Source of the DNA: Bacteroidales bacterium
Lineage (GTDB): Bacteria > Bacteroidota > Bacteroidia > Bacteroidales > UBA7960
DNA length: 59,047 nt
Direction of reading: 5' to 3'
NCBI GenBank assembly: GCA_007131245.1
Contig: SLQX01000016.1
Coordinates: forward strand, 1 to 59,047
Below, in pieces: positions 31,324-41,782 of the stretch (its first letter is position 1; each line of letters begins with the position of its first letter). The translations under genes and the position numbers were made by a program. Under the pieces are notes generated by a model. That model saw only the letters and a list, made by a program, of their open reading frames with translations, searched no databases and was not told the DNA's origin.

Positions 31324-33366
31324 CTATTTCCAAAACCTCAGCAAGAGTACCTCTGCAAACAAAAACAATAATCCCATAAAAAGAAAAGCTTTCCAGAGTT
31401 GTCTTCCACCGCGTGCTGTTTCTAACTGCCGCTCAAAGGAAATATCTCCGGTTTGAATTACATGACTCCTGACATTGTCATAACTCCCAATAAAGCTGTT
31501 AATTTCACTGCTAGTGTAACTTTCCAGCAATGACTCCCGCCGGTCATAATTAAAAGAAAGCATTCTTAAAACATGGTCTCCTGATTCCAGGGCATAGTTT
31601 CCCGCATCCCTTATTTGGCCATGAAGAAATAAGCGCGCCAGGTTACCTGTAGTGCGGACTTCAGGAATTACTTCAAGCTCATCACCCGTTATGGCAAACA
31701 ACTTGTCAGCGGGCACGGAAACATCCCTTACCGATACAAGTTCATCCACACCCAGGGTGTAATAGAGGGGGTGGAATGAGGCACTATGTAGAGCAATATT
31801 ATATACCGTTGGCACAAACATAGCATGACGCGGAAAATTGCTAAATTGGTCATTGGCCGGAACCGTTGACAGAAAAACCTGGCCCTGCCCGCTTTGTGCC
31901 GAAACAAAAAATTCATTCCCATTTTGCAACTGCATCAAATACTCTTGTTGTCCACGTGCTTGCTGTTCTAAAATAAAATACTGTTCCACCGAAGGCAAAT
32001 CTATATTTTCAGGGATATGGTCAAAAACACCGGTGTAAATATGGTGCAACTCGTTGATAGCCGTAACGCGCGTGCTTTGAGTATCCAGTTGAGCATAACC
32101 ATTTACATTTAGGCCAGCCAGGAATTCGTTGAAAGAGGTAAAATCCATGTTTTCGGCCGGAAACACAAGCAGGTTTCCCCCATCCTCCACATATCGCTGA
32201 AGCTCCAAAGAGAGTCCGCCACCAATGGCTTCCAACTCATTGAGTATAATCAGGTTTTGGTTAACAAAAGAAGCATAATCAATGGAGCCAACATTCATAT
32301 TGGTGAAAGTAAAAGTTGTATCAGATGCCAGCAGTGCATTTAAAAAACGGTTGGAGCTTTGCTGGTTGATAGCAAGCACCGGGATATTTTCACTCAATTG
32401 AAAACTAAAATAAAAACGGTCATCAAAAGTTACTGGATGATCATTGATTTCAACATATCCCCGCTGTAATGTTTCCCTGTCGAGTGTATAGGTGAGGGCA
32501 ACTTCTGCATAAGCCCCTGGCCTTATGTCAAATGTAGCCACCGAGCGTTGGGCACCATTTACATATAGTCGTACGGGTTGATTTTCAAGCTGCTCATCCG
32601 AATCATTAAAAATCCTTACCTGCAAACTAATGGCTTGTCCGCTCATTCTTACAGGGTTATCTATCCACACAGAATCAATAAACAGGTTAGCAGGCTGTGG
32701 GGAAGAAAAAGGAATAAAATAATACTCAAACGTTGAATCAGGCTGAGTTTGCTCAAAATCTGTCACATTTTTCTGAAAGTCGGAAAGGATAAAAGCGTGT
32801 TTTTGTTCCCGACCAGGTTCTTGCTGAATAATTTCCTGCTGACGCTGAACAACTTCGGAAAGTTTCCTCACCGAGGGGCTAAATGACACCTCATCCAGCA
32901 GTCGCAAGAAGTCATCCCTGCTTACAAACCTCTGATGCCGCCCCTCAAAATCATTGGTTAATAGCTGAAACTGATCTGTGGGGTTGAAAGCTTGCACAAT
33001 CTCCCTGGCGGTCTCCCTGGCCTCGTCAAACAAAGTACCATAGGCCGAGCCGGCCTCCATACTAAAGGAGTTATCAATAAACAAGCTCAGCTTATTACTC
33101 TCGGTAACTTCTTGTCCATCATAGTGAAGCGGGATGTAGGGCCGGGCAAAAGCAAAAACCAACAGTGCAATGGCAAGAATCCGGCTAATAAGAACCAACA
33201 GATGCTTTAGCCTGGCTTGCTTCTGGGTCTCATCGCTCAGACGTTCCAAAAAGCTGATGTTGGAAAAATAAACCTTTTTAAATCTGCGAAAATGAAACAA
33301 ATGGATAATGATGGGTATACTTATAGCAGATAGTGCCAGCAAAAACCAGGGATAAAGGAAGCTCAT
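31324..33366 (-). CDS. BatA-domain / vWA membrane protein
   Basis: MSFLYP..PIIIHLF..FARP BatA N-terminus, DNSFSM MIDAS motif, LSDFQ, C-terminal TM LWK...EVLL. Confidence 0.88.
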   Translation of the reverse strand: MSFLYPWFLLALSAISIPIIIHLFHFRRFKKVYFSNISFLERLSDETQKQARLKHLLVLISRILAIALLVFAFARPYIPLHYDGQEVTESNKLSLFIDNSFSMEAGSAYGTLFDEARETAREIVQAFNPTDQFQLLTNDFEGRHQRFVSRDDFLRLLDEVSFSPSVRKLSEVVQRQQEIIQQEPGREQKHAFILSDFQKNVTDFEQTQPDSTFEYYFIPFSSPQPANLFIDSVWIDNPVRMSGQAISLQVRIFNDSDEQLENQPVRLYVNGAQRSVATFDIRPGAYAEVALTYTLDRETLQRGYVEINDHPVTFDDRFYFSFQLSENIPVLAINQQSSNRFLNALLASDTTFTFTNMNVGSIDYASFVNQNLIILNELEAIGGGLSLELQRYVEDGGNLLVFPAENMDFTSFNEFLAGLNVNGYAQLDTQSTRVTAINELHHIYTGVFDHIPENIDLPSVEQYFILEQQARGQQEYLMQLQNGNEFFVSAQSGQGQVFLSTVPANDQFSNFPRHAMFVPTVYNIALHSASFHPLYYTLGVDELVSVRDVSVPADKLFAITGDELEVIPEVRTTGNLARLFLHGQIRDAGNYALESGDHVLRMLSFNYDRRESLLESYTSSEINSFIGSYDNVRSHVIQTGDISFERQLETARGGRQLWKAFLFMGLLFLFAEVLLLRFWK

Positions 33367-33748
33367 TCAAAAAGTTGGATTTAAAGATTCTGTTTTCTTC
33401 TTCTACTTTACTCAAACAAAATTAATCTTTATTATTGAACGTATTCTACTTAAAATGTTTAAGACCTGGTCAAATTGTCTAAAAAACCGTTAACATAAGC
33501 CGACTACAATTATATTCGCTGCATTGCAACTTCTGTTTGCAGCAGAGCCCTGGTGAGATTTGCAGAAACAGCAACCGTATCTTTGCCAATAAACCCATTT
33601 GCCCCGGCACTCAAATTTGATTCGGGTTAATTTTTGTATATTGCGAAAAATTATCAAAACCAAAACCCTGATTTATTCATTTACAACTTACCATTGGGGG
33701 GCTCTGTTTATCGAACTACCAGGCTCCTTTTTATCAATCAATTACATT

Positions 33749-36700
33749 ATGAAGCTTTTAAAAATTACTCTGTTTAATGCATTCATGGCCATTTTTGTTT
33801 TGGCAACCCCCGCATTAAGTCACAACATTATTACCTCCCATTTGCAGGAGCGGATTTCTGAAAGCAAATCCGGTGAGCATATTCGTATCAACATTCGTCT
33901 TGCAGAACAATATGACAGCCAATTACTGGCAACCAAAACAATGGGGGTTACCGATCCCCAGCAGAGAAGAAAAATTGCAAGCGAAACACTAAAATCATTT
34001 AGTAAAGCCAGCCAACAAGATTTACTTACTTTTTTGCAATACCAGCAAAAGAACATGGAGGTGAGTGGTATCAAATCCCATTGGATCATTAATCTCATTA
34101 ATGCCTATGCTACTGCTGAAGTGATAGAAGAAATTGCCCTGCACCCCGATGTGGTAAGGGTAGATTATGATCAATACCGCCAGGTTCTTGATCTGGAGGC
34201 ACCAGCTGCACCCACAGCCAGGGCAGATAAATTGAGTGACGGCATCGGCGATGGCAGTGATATTGAATGGAATGTTAGTCATATCAACGCCCCTGAGGTT
34301 TGGCAGCAGGGGTTTACCGGTGAAGATATCATTGTTGCCGTTTTGGATACAGGTGTAAACGCCCACCAGGATTTATCCGGGCGAATGTGGGAGCATCCGG
34401 ATTACCCCAATCATGGTTACAACTTTGCAGACAACAATTACGATACCTTTGATGGCTCAGGCCATGGAACACACTGTGCAGGTACGGTAGCCGGAAACGG
34501 TACTGCCGGTACCATCACAGGAGTAGCACCAGAGGCAATTATCATGGATTTGAAAGTACTTGACTCCTCGGGGGGTGGTACCGAATCGGGTGTATGGGCG
34601 GCCATAGAGTTTGCAGTAGACTATGGAGCCCATGTGATGAGTTTGTCGTTGGGTTGGCAACACCAATGGGGCCCTGACAGGGCAGCCTGGCGCACAGCCA
34701 TGGAAAATGCCATGAGCGCCGGAGTTATTGCATCCGTTGCAGCAGGAAATGAGGGAGACTGGGGAGGACAGCCCGCTCCAAATAATATCAGAACACCCGG
34801 TGACTGCCCGGCACCCTGGTCACACCCCGACCAAATATCAGAAGGCGGTAATTCAGCTGTGGTAACGGTTGGCTCAACAACCCAAACCGATAATATCTCC
34901 GGGTTTTCAAGCATTGGGCCGGTAACCTGGCAAAATGTTGCCCCTTTCAATGATTATGCTTACAATCCCGGCACAGGACTAATAATTCCTGATGTTGTGG
35001 CTCCCGGCAGCAACATTAACTCACTGGATAATGAATCTGAAGATGGATATACCGTAAAAAGCGGCACATCAATGGCTGCTCCCGCGGTGGCAGGATTAAT
35101 GGCACTGATGTTATCCAAAAACCCTTTTCTTACCCCCGAAGAAATGAGTCAAATCCTGGAGGAATCTGCTGTATCCTTAAGTGAAACCAAAAGTAATACT
35201 TATGGAAGCGGAAGAATTGATGCCCTGGAAGCTATCAATGCAACCAGTTTTTCGGGCTTGATTTACCAAAGCCACATTCTCGACGACAGCCAGGGAAATG
35301 ATGATGGGTACATCAATCCTGGTGAACTAATCAACATTGCTATTACAATGCACAACCCCACGGAGGAAGACATCACAGATGCCACCCTAATAGTAAGTTC
35401 TGACTCTGACTATATTTCATTTACCGACAGCATTGTGCACCTGGGCGATTTTGAGGCCGGAGAGTACAAATTCTTTAACAATGTAGCCACCTTTGAAACA
35501 TCCGAGGTTATTCCGGGGAATCACGAGATTACTTTTAGCCTGGTGTCTTTCTCAACGCACGATGATGATGACATATGGGAAAGCAGCTTTGTGGAAACAG
35601 CACATGCCCCATACCTTTCTATTGAAGAGCTGTCTATCGACGACAGTCAATACGGAAATGACAATGGAATTCTCGACCCGGGTGAAACGGCAAACATTAT
35701 TATAAAATTGAAAAACACCGGACAGCTTGAATCAGACAATGGCACAATAGAGTACAGTACAGAAAGTGAATGGCTTACACTGCTCAGCGATGAGCCCATT
35801 GAGCTACCATTATTGGCTCCCCAGGGCAGTATCGAATTAATTATTCCCGCCACAACCTCCTTGGAAACACCCCTGGAGTCTGCTGAAAGTTTGTTTATAA
35901 CTGCCCAGTCAGGCCTTTACACTTTTGAAGACTACCAGAATGTCATCATTGGTGAAGTTCCTGTATTTTCTGATGGCCCTATTCCTACAACCTTTAATTC
36001 ATCCCCCAACAGCAGCTCACATGCTACTCAACCAGGGCAGTTAACGGTAAACATTCCGAAGGATGCCACTATTACTGGTGTTGACGTAGAGTACAAAATG
36101 ACATCAACCAGCGCTGCATGGATGAGTGAGCAAAGATCGTTTATCAGGTGTGTTTCAGAAGGTGGAACAACCGAACCCCAGGTTTACCAGGGTAGCAACA
36201 ACTCGGGAGGAACCTATACCTATGAACGAACTAACCTTGACATCGCAAACAATGTAACCGGTGGTGGAGATATTGAATTTGAACTTCACGCTTTCCGAAC
36301 ATGGGGTGGCAGCGGCACAAACACTCAATATGCTTATGTTCCCAACAACTCCTGGCGCCTAACCTTACACTATGAACTTCCCGACATAGACATCACTTTC
36401 AAAGTCAGTAACCAAATCAATGAAACGGTTGAAGGTGCCGTGGTAAAAGTCTCTGAAGGTGAACAAAACACAAATGAACAAGGCGAAACAACCTTTACAA
36501 TAATCCCCGGTGGTTACTTCTATTCTGTCATGGCTGATAAACATGTGCCCATCGAAAATCAACATATTCATATTAACCAGGACACCATTGTCGAAGTTTT
36601 GATGGAAAGATTATTTTATGCCAGCTTTAACATCAGTGATCCGGATGGAAGCACCATCGATGAAGCCTTGCTAAAGGTTGAAGGTGAAGTTATTGAAGGT

Positions 36701-37330
36701 CATCAACTGATAGATCTGCGCAACGGAATCTTTGAATATACCATTGAAGCAGAGGGATATGCCCCCTTTGAAAACCAATTTGAAATTAACGATGCTGACC
36801 TGGTTATTGATGTGGAAATGAATCCTTTCTACAAAGTTCATTTTGCTGTTTTTGACCAATGGAGTACTCCGGTTGAAAATGCAACATTTACGATTGAAGA
36901 AAGCACTTACGAGGAAGGAGTCTTTAGCTTTGAGCAAATGCTTGCCGGAACCTATAACTACACAGTCTATGCAGATTACTACCAGGAATACCATGACACT
37001 TTTACAATCATAGACGATGATCTTCAATTAGAAATTTACCTGGATGCAGATGGTACAGATGTAATCCAAGCCGACCCCGATGAGAATATTCGTATTTACC
37101 CTAACCCGGCAAAAGACCAGGTGAATATTGAATTGGACAGGATGGACAACAATTCTTACCAAGTGACTTTGCTTAACCAACTTGGCCAAGCTATAAAAAG
37201 CATTGACTCAGGAAGCAGTCAGAATGCTATAAAACTAGAATTAAATGTATCGAAACTAAATGCCGGAATTTATTTTCTGCGCATTGAAAATCAACATATG
37301 AATTATTCACACAAACTTATTGTGCGGTAA
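33749..37330 (+). CDS. S8 subtilase with propeptide, Ig-like repeats and T9SS CTD
   Basis: VLDTG, GHGTHCAG, AAGNEG, SGTSMAAP catalytic motifs; IYPNPA...GIYFL...KLIV CTD. The signal peptide begins at ATG 33749, not 33599. Confidence 0.92.
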   Translation: MKLLKITLFNAFMAIFVLATPALSHNIITSHLQERISESKSGEHIRINIRLAEQYDSQLLATKTMGVTDPQQRRKIASETLKSFSKASQQDLLTFLQYQQKNMEVSGIKSHWIINLINAYATAEVIEEIALHPDVVRVDYDQYRQVLDLEAPAAPTARADKLSDGIGDGSDIEWNVSHINAPEVWQQGFTGEDIIVAVLDTGVNAHQDLSGRMWEHPDYPNHGYNFADNNYDTFDGSGHGTHCAGTVAGNGTAGTITGVAPEAIIMDLKVLDSSGGGTESGVWAAIEFAVDYGAHVMSLSLGWQHQWGPDRAAWRTAMENAMSAGVIASVAAGNEGDWGGQPAPNNIRTPGDCPAPWSHPDQISEGGNSAVVTVGSTTQTDNISGFSSIGPVTWQNVAPFNDYAYNPGTGLIIPDVVAPGSNINSLDNESEDGYTVKSGTSMAAPAVAGLMALMLSKNPFLTPEEMSQILEESAVSLSETKSNTYGSGRIDALEAINATSFSGLIYQSHILDDSQGNDDGYINPGELINIAITMHNPTEEDITDATLIVSSDSDYISFTDSIVHLGDFEAGEYKFFNNVATFETSEVIPGNHEITFSLVSFSTHDDDDIWESSFVETAHAPYLSIEELSIDDSQYGNDNGILDPGETANIIIKLKNTGQLESDNGTIEYSTESEWLTLLSDEPIELPLLAPQGSIELIIPATTSLETPLESAESLFITAQSGLYTFEDYQNVIIGEVPVFSDGPIPTTFNSSPNSSSHATQPGQLTVNIPKDATITGVDVEYKMTSTSAAWMSEQRSFIRCVSEGGTTEPQVYQGSNNSGGTYTYERTNLDIANNVTGGGDIEFELHAFRTWGGSGTNTQYAYVPNNSWRLTLHYELPDIDITFKVSNQINETVEGAVVKVSEGEQNTNEQGETTFTIIPGGYFYSVMADKHVPIENQHIHINQDTIVEVLMERLFYASFNISDPDGSTIDEALLKVEGEVIEGHQLIDLRNGIFEYTIEAEGYAPFENQFEINDADLVIDVEMNPFYKVHFAVFDQWSTPVENATFTIEESTYEEGVFSFEQMLAGTYNYTVYADYYQEYHDTFTIIDDDLQLEIYLDADGTDVIQADPDENIRIYPNPAKDQVNIELDRMDNNSYQVTLLNQLGQAIKSIDSGSSQNAIKLELNVSKLNAGIYFLRIENQHMNYSHKLIVR

Positions 37331-37371
37331 TTTTATATCTTCGTTAAACTCTGTAAAAGCTACTTTTATTC

Positions 37372-37432
37372 AAAAACAACCTCCATTTCACTGTTTTCTT
37401 TCAAAGGGAAAGCCTAGGGAGGTTGTTTTTTA
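37372..37432 (+). terminator. Terminator-like inverted repeat after the S8 gene
   Basis: AAAAACAACCTCC (37372-84) pairs with GGAGGTTGTTTTT (37418-30), 33-nt loop. Confidence 0.6.
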
Positions 37433-37499
37433 TCCATCTGCGGCTCTTACAAAGTTTCGGGTAAAAAGTTTAATACTACCTTTGCAAAAAAAATAAACT

Positions 37500-38822
37500 G
37501 TGAACTTCCAGGAATTCAACCTTACCACACCGCTGCAGAATGCCATACAGGATATGGGCTTCAGTCAGCCCACAGCCATCCAGGAAAAGGCTTTCCCTAT
37601 TATTATGTCAGGAAAAGATGTTGTAGGTATTGCACAAACAGGCACCGGTAAAACCCTTGCCTACCTGTTACCTTTGATTCGACAACTAAAATACTCCGAG
37701 CAACGACACCCCAGGATCTTAATTATGGTACCCACCCGGGAGTTGGTAATGCAGGTAGTGGAAGAAGCCAAAAAGCTGACAACCTATATGAACGTCCGTA
37801 TTGATGGTGTATACGGTGGCACCAACATCAATACCCAAAGTCAGCGTATTTATCAGGGATTAGATATCCTGGTGGCAACCCCGGGCAGGCTTTTTGACCT
37901 TTCCATGAAAGGAACCCTGCGCCTGAAATCCATTCAGAAACTTGTTATTGACGAAGTAGACGAAATGCTTACCCTGGGTTTCCGGCATCAGTTGGTAAAC
38001 ATACTTGAGCTGTTGCCCCCAAAACGGCAAACACTCATGTTTTCGGCTACACTGGCCGATGAAGTGGAATCTATCATCAAAGATTTTTTCCGCGCCCCCC
38101 AATGGATAGATATCCATTACAGAGGCACACCCATCAGTCGCATTAAGCAATTGCTGTATAAAGCACCCAACTTTGCTACCCAGTTTAACCTTCTCAGCCT
38201 TTTGCTGGAAGAAGACGAGGTGTTTGAAAAAGTGTTGGTTTTTGCCCCTTCACGAAAAGCAGCCGACAAAATTTTCAATAAACTCACCCCAAAGTATGGT
38301 GATGAATTGGGGCTGATACACTCCAACAAAAGCCAAAATCAACGCTTTGGAGCATTGGAGGATCTTAAAAACGGCACTACCAGGATTTTAATATCCACTG
38401 ACCTTGTGGCAAGGGGTGTGGATATTTTTGAGGTAAGTCATGTGATTAATTTCGGTTTGCCTGATATCCCCGGGGCATATATACACCGCATTGGGCGAAC
38501 AGGCCGGGTGGACCGGGATGGTATTGCCATCACCCTGATGGCGGAGCATGAAGAAAATAAAAGGCTGGCCATTGAAAGCTACATGCAAAAAGCCATCCCC
38601 CAGGAGCCACTCCCCGAAGATCTTATCATTAGTAAGGCTGAAGACATATGGGATGAACCAACCCCCAGTGCAGGAGACAAACCCTACCTCAAGCCCCTGA
38701 AACTTCCACAGGGAGGAGGTGCTTTCCACACCAAAAAAAAAGAAAACCTGAAAACCAACCAGGGAGGCCCTGGAAGGAAAAAACGGGTAGCCCTCAAAAA
38801 AAGACAAAAAAGACGAAAGTAG
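37500..38822 (+). CDS. DEAD-box RNA helicase (DEVD variant)
   Basis: Q motif PTAIQ, AQTGTGKT, PTREL, TPGR, DEVD, SAT, ARGVD, HRIGRTGR; basic tail; TACCTTTG at 37477-37484. Confidence 0.95.
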   Translation: MNFQEFNLTTPLQNAIQDMGFSQPTAIQEKAFPIIMSGKDVVGIAQTGTGKTLAYLLPLIRQLKYSEQRHPRILIMVPTRELVMQVVEEAKKLTTYMNVRIDGVYGGTNINTQSQRIYQGLDILVATPGRLFDLSMKGTLRLKSIQKLVIDEVDEMLTLGFRHQLVNILELLPPKRQTLMFSATLADEVESIIKDFFRAPQWIDIHYRGTPISRIKQLLYKAPNFATQFNLLSLLLEEDEVFEKVLVFAPSRKAADKIFNKLTPKYGDELGLIHSNKSQNQRFGALEDLKNGTTRILISTDLVARGVDIFEVSHVINFGLPDIPGAYIHRIGRTGRVDRDGIAITLMAEHEENKRLAIESYMQKAIPQEPLPEDLIISKAEDIWDEPTPSAGDKPYLKPLKLPQGGGAFHTKKKENLKTNQGGPGRKKRVALKKRQKRRK

Positions 38823-39312
38823 GATAATCGCGGGATACGGAAAAGAAACATCTATTATCAAAGATGAAGTTTACTGTTTTCCCAATTGGCGAAATTGTTC
38901 AGGATCTAATCGGTAATTATAGGATCCGATTTTTCTTGCGGACGATATGTTGGCAATAACTGCGTGGCCAACCATGATATACATCCTAATTTTAACACAT
39001 CCCATGGGTAACATCCATTTTAATCCCCCCCCGCAACATCAACCCGGTCGTTTTTGAACGGTGACCCAAATGACAAAGCAATTTTTTGGAATGCTATTTA
39101 AAGGAGCCTCAAAGGGTTTCTTTAGTGGATTTTGCCTTTCTATGATTGATATTTTAAGGTATTGATTTTTAAACTATTCATGTGTTTTTCAACAATCCAA
39201 GCTTTTATATAAGGAGGCCTACCAAACATCTTTTTCTTTAACAACCGGCACCCTGCTTTGCACAAAACTTCTTCTCCAATTCAAAAAACAATAATGCGTA
39301 CCTTTGCCTCCT

Positions 39313-40533
39313 ATGCAAGGAAAACCACCCACCATACACGTTGCTTTACCTGCCATGAATGAGCGGGACTACATCGGGCGTACACTGGAATGCTTACAAA
39401 AGCAATCATTCGGCGACTTTCATACCTGGATTTGCGTCAACCAGCCCGAGAGTTTTCATGAAAATCCGGAAAAACAACACATTTGCCAGAACAACGCCCA
39501 AACACTCAGCCTGCTAAAAAATTACAAGTTGCCAAACCTGCACATCATTGACAAGTCCTCAAAGGGCAAAGGCTGGGAAGAGGGCAAACTGGGTGTAGGC
39601 ATGGCTCGAAAAACCATTATGGATACTATTGCTTCTGTGGCCAGTGACCAAGATATCATATTATCACTGGATGCCGACACCCTTTTCGGCGAAAACTACC
39701 TGGCGTCTGTTTGTCGAATATTCCTGCAAAACCCTGATGCAATGGGGCTTTCCAATCCTTACTATCACCCGCTGGGAGATGATAACAAACTTAACCGTGC
39801 CATGCTTCGGTACGAAATATATATGCGCTACTATGCCCTCAACATGCGCTTCACAGGCACCCCCTATTACTTTACCCCACTGGGAAGTGCGATGGCAGCC
39901 CCGGTTGATGCCTATAAGAAAATCAACGGGCTGACAGCCAAGAAAAGTGGCGAAGATTTTTATTTCCTGCAAAAACTTGCAAAAGCCGGCCAGGTCCTTA
40001 TGTATAACACCGAAATAATATATCCGGGTAATCGTTTGTCCAACAGGGTTTTTTTCGGAACCGGACCTGCAATGATAAAAGGTCTGTCAGGACAATGGAG
40101 TGCTTACCCGCTTTTTAACCCTGAGTTTTTCAAAGAGATAAAAAAAACCATCTCCATATTCCCTGATTTGTTTCATGGCCCCCACCCTACCCCAATGGAT
40201 AATTTCCTTAGTAATCACTTTCGGTGCCCTGACATTTTTGAGCCCCTGCGCAAAAACCACAAAAACCCTGACCGCTTTGTGAAAGCATGTCATGAAAAAG
40301 TAGATGGTCTGCGAATTTTACAATATTTGAAAGTGCAACATGAGCAAAATCCCGGTTGTGACGAAGAAAACCTGGCAACATTTCTCACTGAGAACTTCCC
40401 GGATAACAACCTCACAATAGAACTTAAAGAATTGAATTTTTCAGCTTCTCCCATAGATATCTTAAATAAAATCCGTAAATTTCTGTTTGAAACCGAACTG
40501 AAATTCCAAAAAGAAGATGCAAAACAAATATGA
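39313..40533 (+). CDS. Glycosyltransferase family 2 (GT-A)
   Basis: VALPAMNE, GVGMARK, SLDADT DxD motif, GSAMA, GEDFYF; overlaps miaA by 17 nt. Confidence 0.82.
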   Translation: MQGKPPTIHVALPAMNERDYIGRTLECLQKQSFGDFHTWICVNQPESFHENPEKQHICQNNAQTLSLLKNYKLPNLHIIDKSSKGKGWEEGKLGVGMARKTIMDTIASVASDQDIILSLDADTLFGENYLASVCRIFLQNPDAMGLSNPYYHPLGDDNKLNRAMLRYEIYMRYYALNMRFTGTPYYFTPLGSAMAAPVDAYKKINGLTAKKSGEDFYFLQKLAKAGQVLMYNTEIIYPGNRLSNRVFFGTGPAMIKGLSGQWSAYPLFNPEFFKEIKKTISIFPDLFHGPHPTPMDNFLSNHFRCPDIFEPLRKNHKNPDRFVKACHEKVDGLRILQYLKVQHEQNPGCDEENLATFLTENFPDNNLTIELKELNFSASPIDILNKIRKFLFETELKFQKEDAKQI

Positions 40534-41434
40534 CCTTATCGTGATTACCGGTCCCACAGCCACCGGAAAAACAAGGCTGGCAGCAGAGATGGCCGACAGC
40601 GTGGAGGGAGAAATCATAAGTGCTGATTCGCGGCAGGTTTATAAAGGGATGGACATTGGTACCGGGAAAGACCTGGCTGAATACGTGGTAAACGGCCGTA
40701 TTGTACCGGTGCACCTTGTGGATATTGTTGAGCCCGGCTATGAGTTCAATGTGTTTGAGTTCCAGGAACACTTTCTGAAAGCATTCAACCATATCCGGAA
40801 GAGAAAGAAGCAGGCTTTTCTTTGCGGAGGAACGGGTCTGTATATTGAAGCTGCCCTGGCCAGGTATCAGCTGCTTAAGACGCCTGAAAATCCCGAACTG
40901 CGCAAAAGCTTAGAGCTTCTCACCCATGAAGAACTTGTGGAAAAGCTGGCGGGGCTTCGCCCGTTGCATAACACCACCGATTCCAGTGATCGCAACAGAC
41001 TAATCAGGGCCATCGAAATCGAAACCTACCAATTGGCAAATGCCCATAAAAAGAAAAAGTTTCCAGACTTCTCTCACATCATTTTTGCAGTAGATTTCCC
41101 TCGCGAGACCATCAGAAAGCGTATTACCCAAAGGCTGGAAAACAGACTTGAAAACGGGATGCTGACAGAAATACAAAACTTGCTGAAAAAAGGGCTCAAA
41201 CCTGAGCAATTAACCTTCTACGGACTGGAGTATAAGTACATAACCCAGTATATCACAGGAGAAATTGACTATGAAGAAATGTTCCGGAAATTGAACACAG
41301 CCATCCACCAGTATGCCAAAAGGCAAATGACCTGGTTTCGCAGAATGGAGCGAAAAGGTTTCACCATTCACTGGATTGATGGTACCCTTTGCAATGCCGA
41401 AAAAATTGCTCAAATGCATGAACGACTTGCATAG
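40517..41434 (+). CDS. miaA: tRNA dimethylallyltransferase
   Basis: GPTATGKT, SADSRQVYKGMDIGTGK, GGTGLY, RLIRAIE, YAKRQMTWFR. Confidence 0.97.
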   Translation: MQNKYDLIVITGPTATGKTRLAAEMADSVEGEIISADSRQVYKGMDIGTGKDLAEYVVNGRIVPVHLVDIVEPGYEFNVFEFQEHFLKAFNHIRKRKKQAFLCGGTGLYIEAALARYQLLKTPENPELRKSLELLTHEELVEKLAGLRPLHNTTDSSDRNRLIRAIEIETYQLANAHKKKKFPDFSHIIFAVDFPRETIRKRITQRLENRLENGMLTEIQNLLKKGLKPEQLTFYGLEYKYITQYITGEIDYEEMFRKLNTAIHQYAKRQMTWFRRMERKGFTIHWIDGTLCNAEKIAQMHERLA

Positions 41435-41782
41435 CCTACAGATGTTTGCACAATCCAACACCATCTCAATTTAATAACACTTCAGGTAACCACTTAATGA
41501 AAAACCAGGGATGCTGCTTTTTATTTTACCCAAACCATCCCCAATAACCCATTTTGATTTGTACGGAAGTTTGCCGCATTGGGGCCGTGAGTTTTCAAAC
41601 ATGACATAAGATATCCGTCCATCAACTACCCATGTAATCCGACTGCCAATACCACCACCATCGGGTGCAGTTGAGATTATCTTTCGTATTCAGCGATTTG
41701 ATTAGGTAAATACCTATAAAAAACTATTGATATATTTGCGGTAAAAAAACTACAAAACTGTTTATTAACCATCTTGTTGACC

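Noticed and set aside
33536-33602. TTTGC at 33536, 33559 and 33582 (23-bp period) upstream of the S8 gene
   Set aside because: Only 5 bp are shared and one copy belongs to a TAnnTTTG element; too weak for a CRISPR, iteron or operator array.
38823-39298. Long intergenic region with a 31-codon ORF (38864-38959), three ACATCC copies and a C8 run
   Set aside because: No recognisable RNA family, terminal repeats or coding signal; cannot be supported without conservation data.
12829-41434. LOG plus MiaA as a cytokinin pathway
   Set aside because: The genes are about 27 kb apart and both are widespread housekeeping families; no linkage evidence.
41435-41730. Imperfect hairpin at about 41635-41689 between miaA and the M14 gene
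   Set aside because: No riboswitch or tRNA consensus, and it lies upstream of the predicted promoter.
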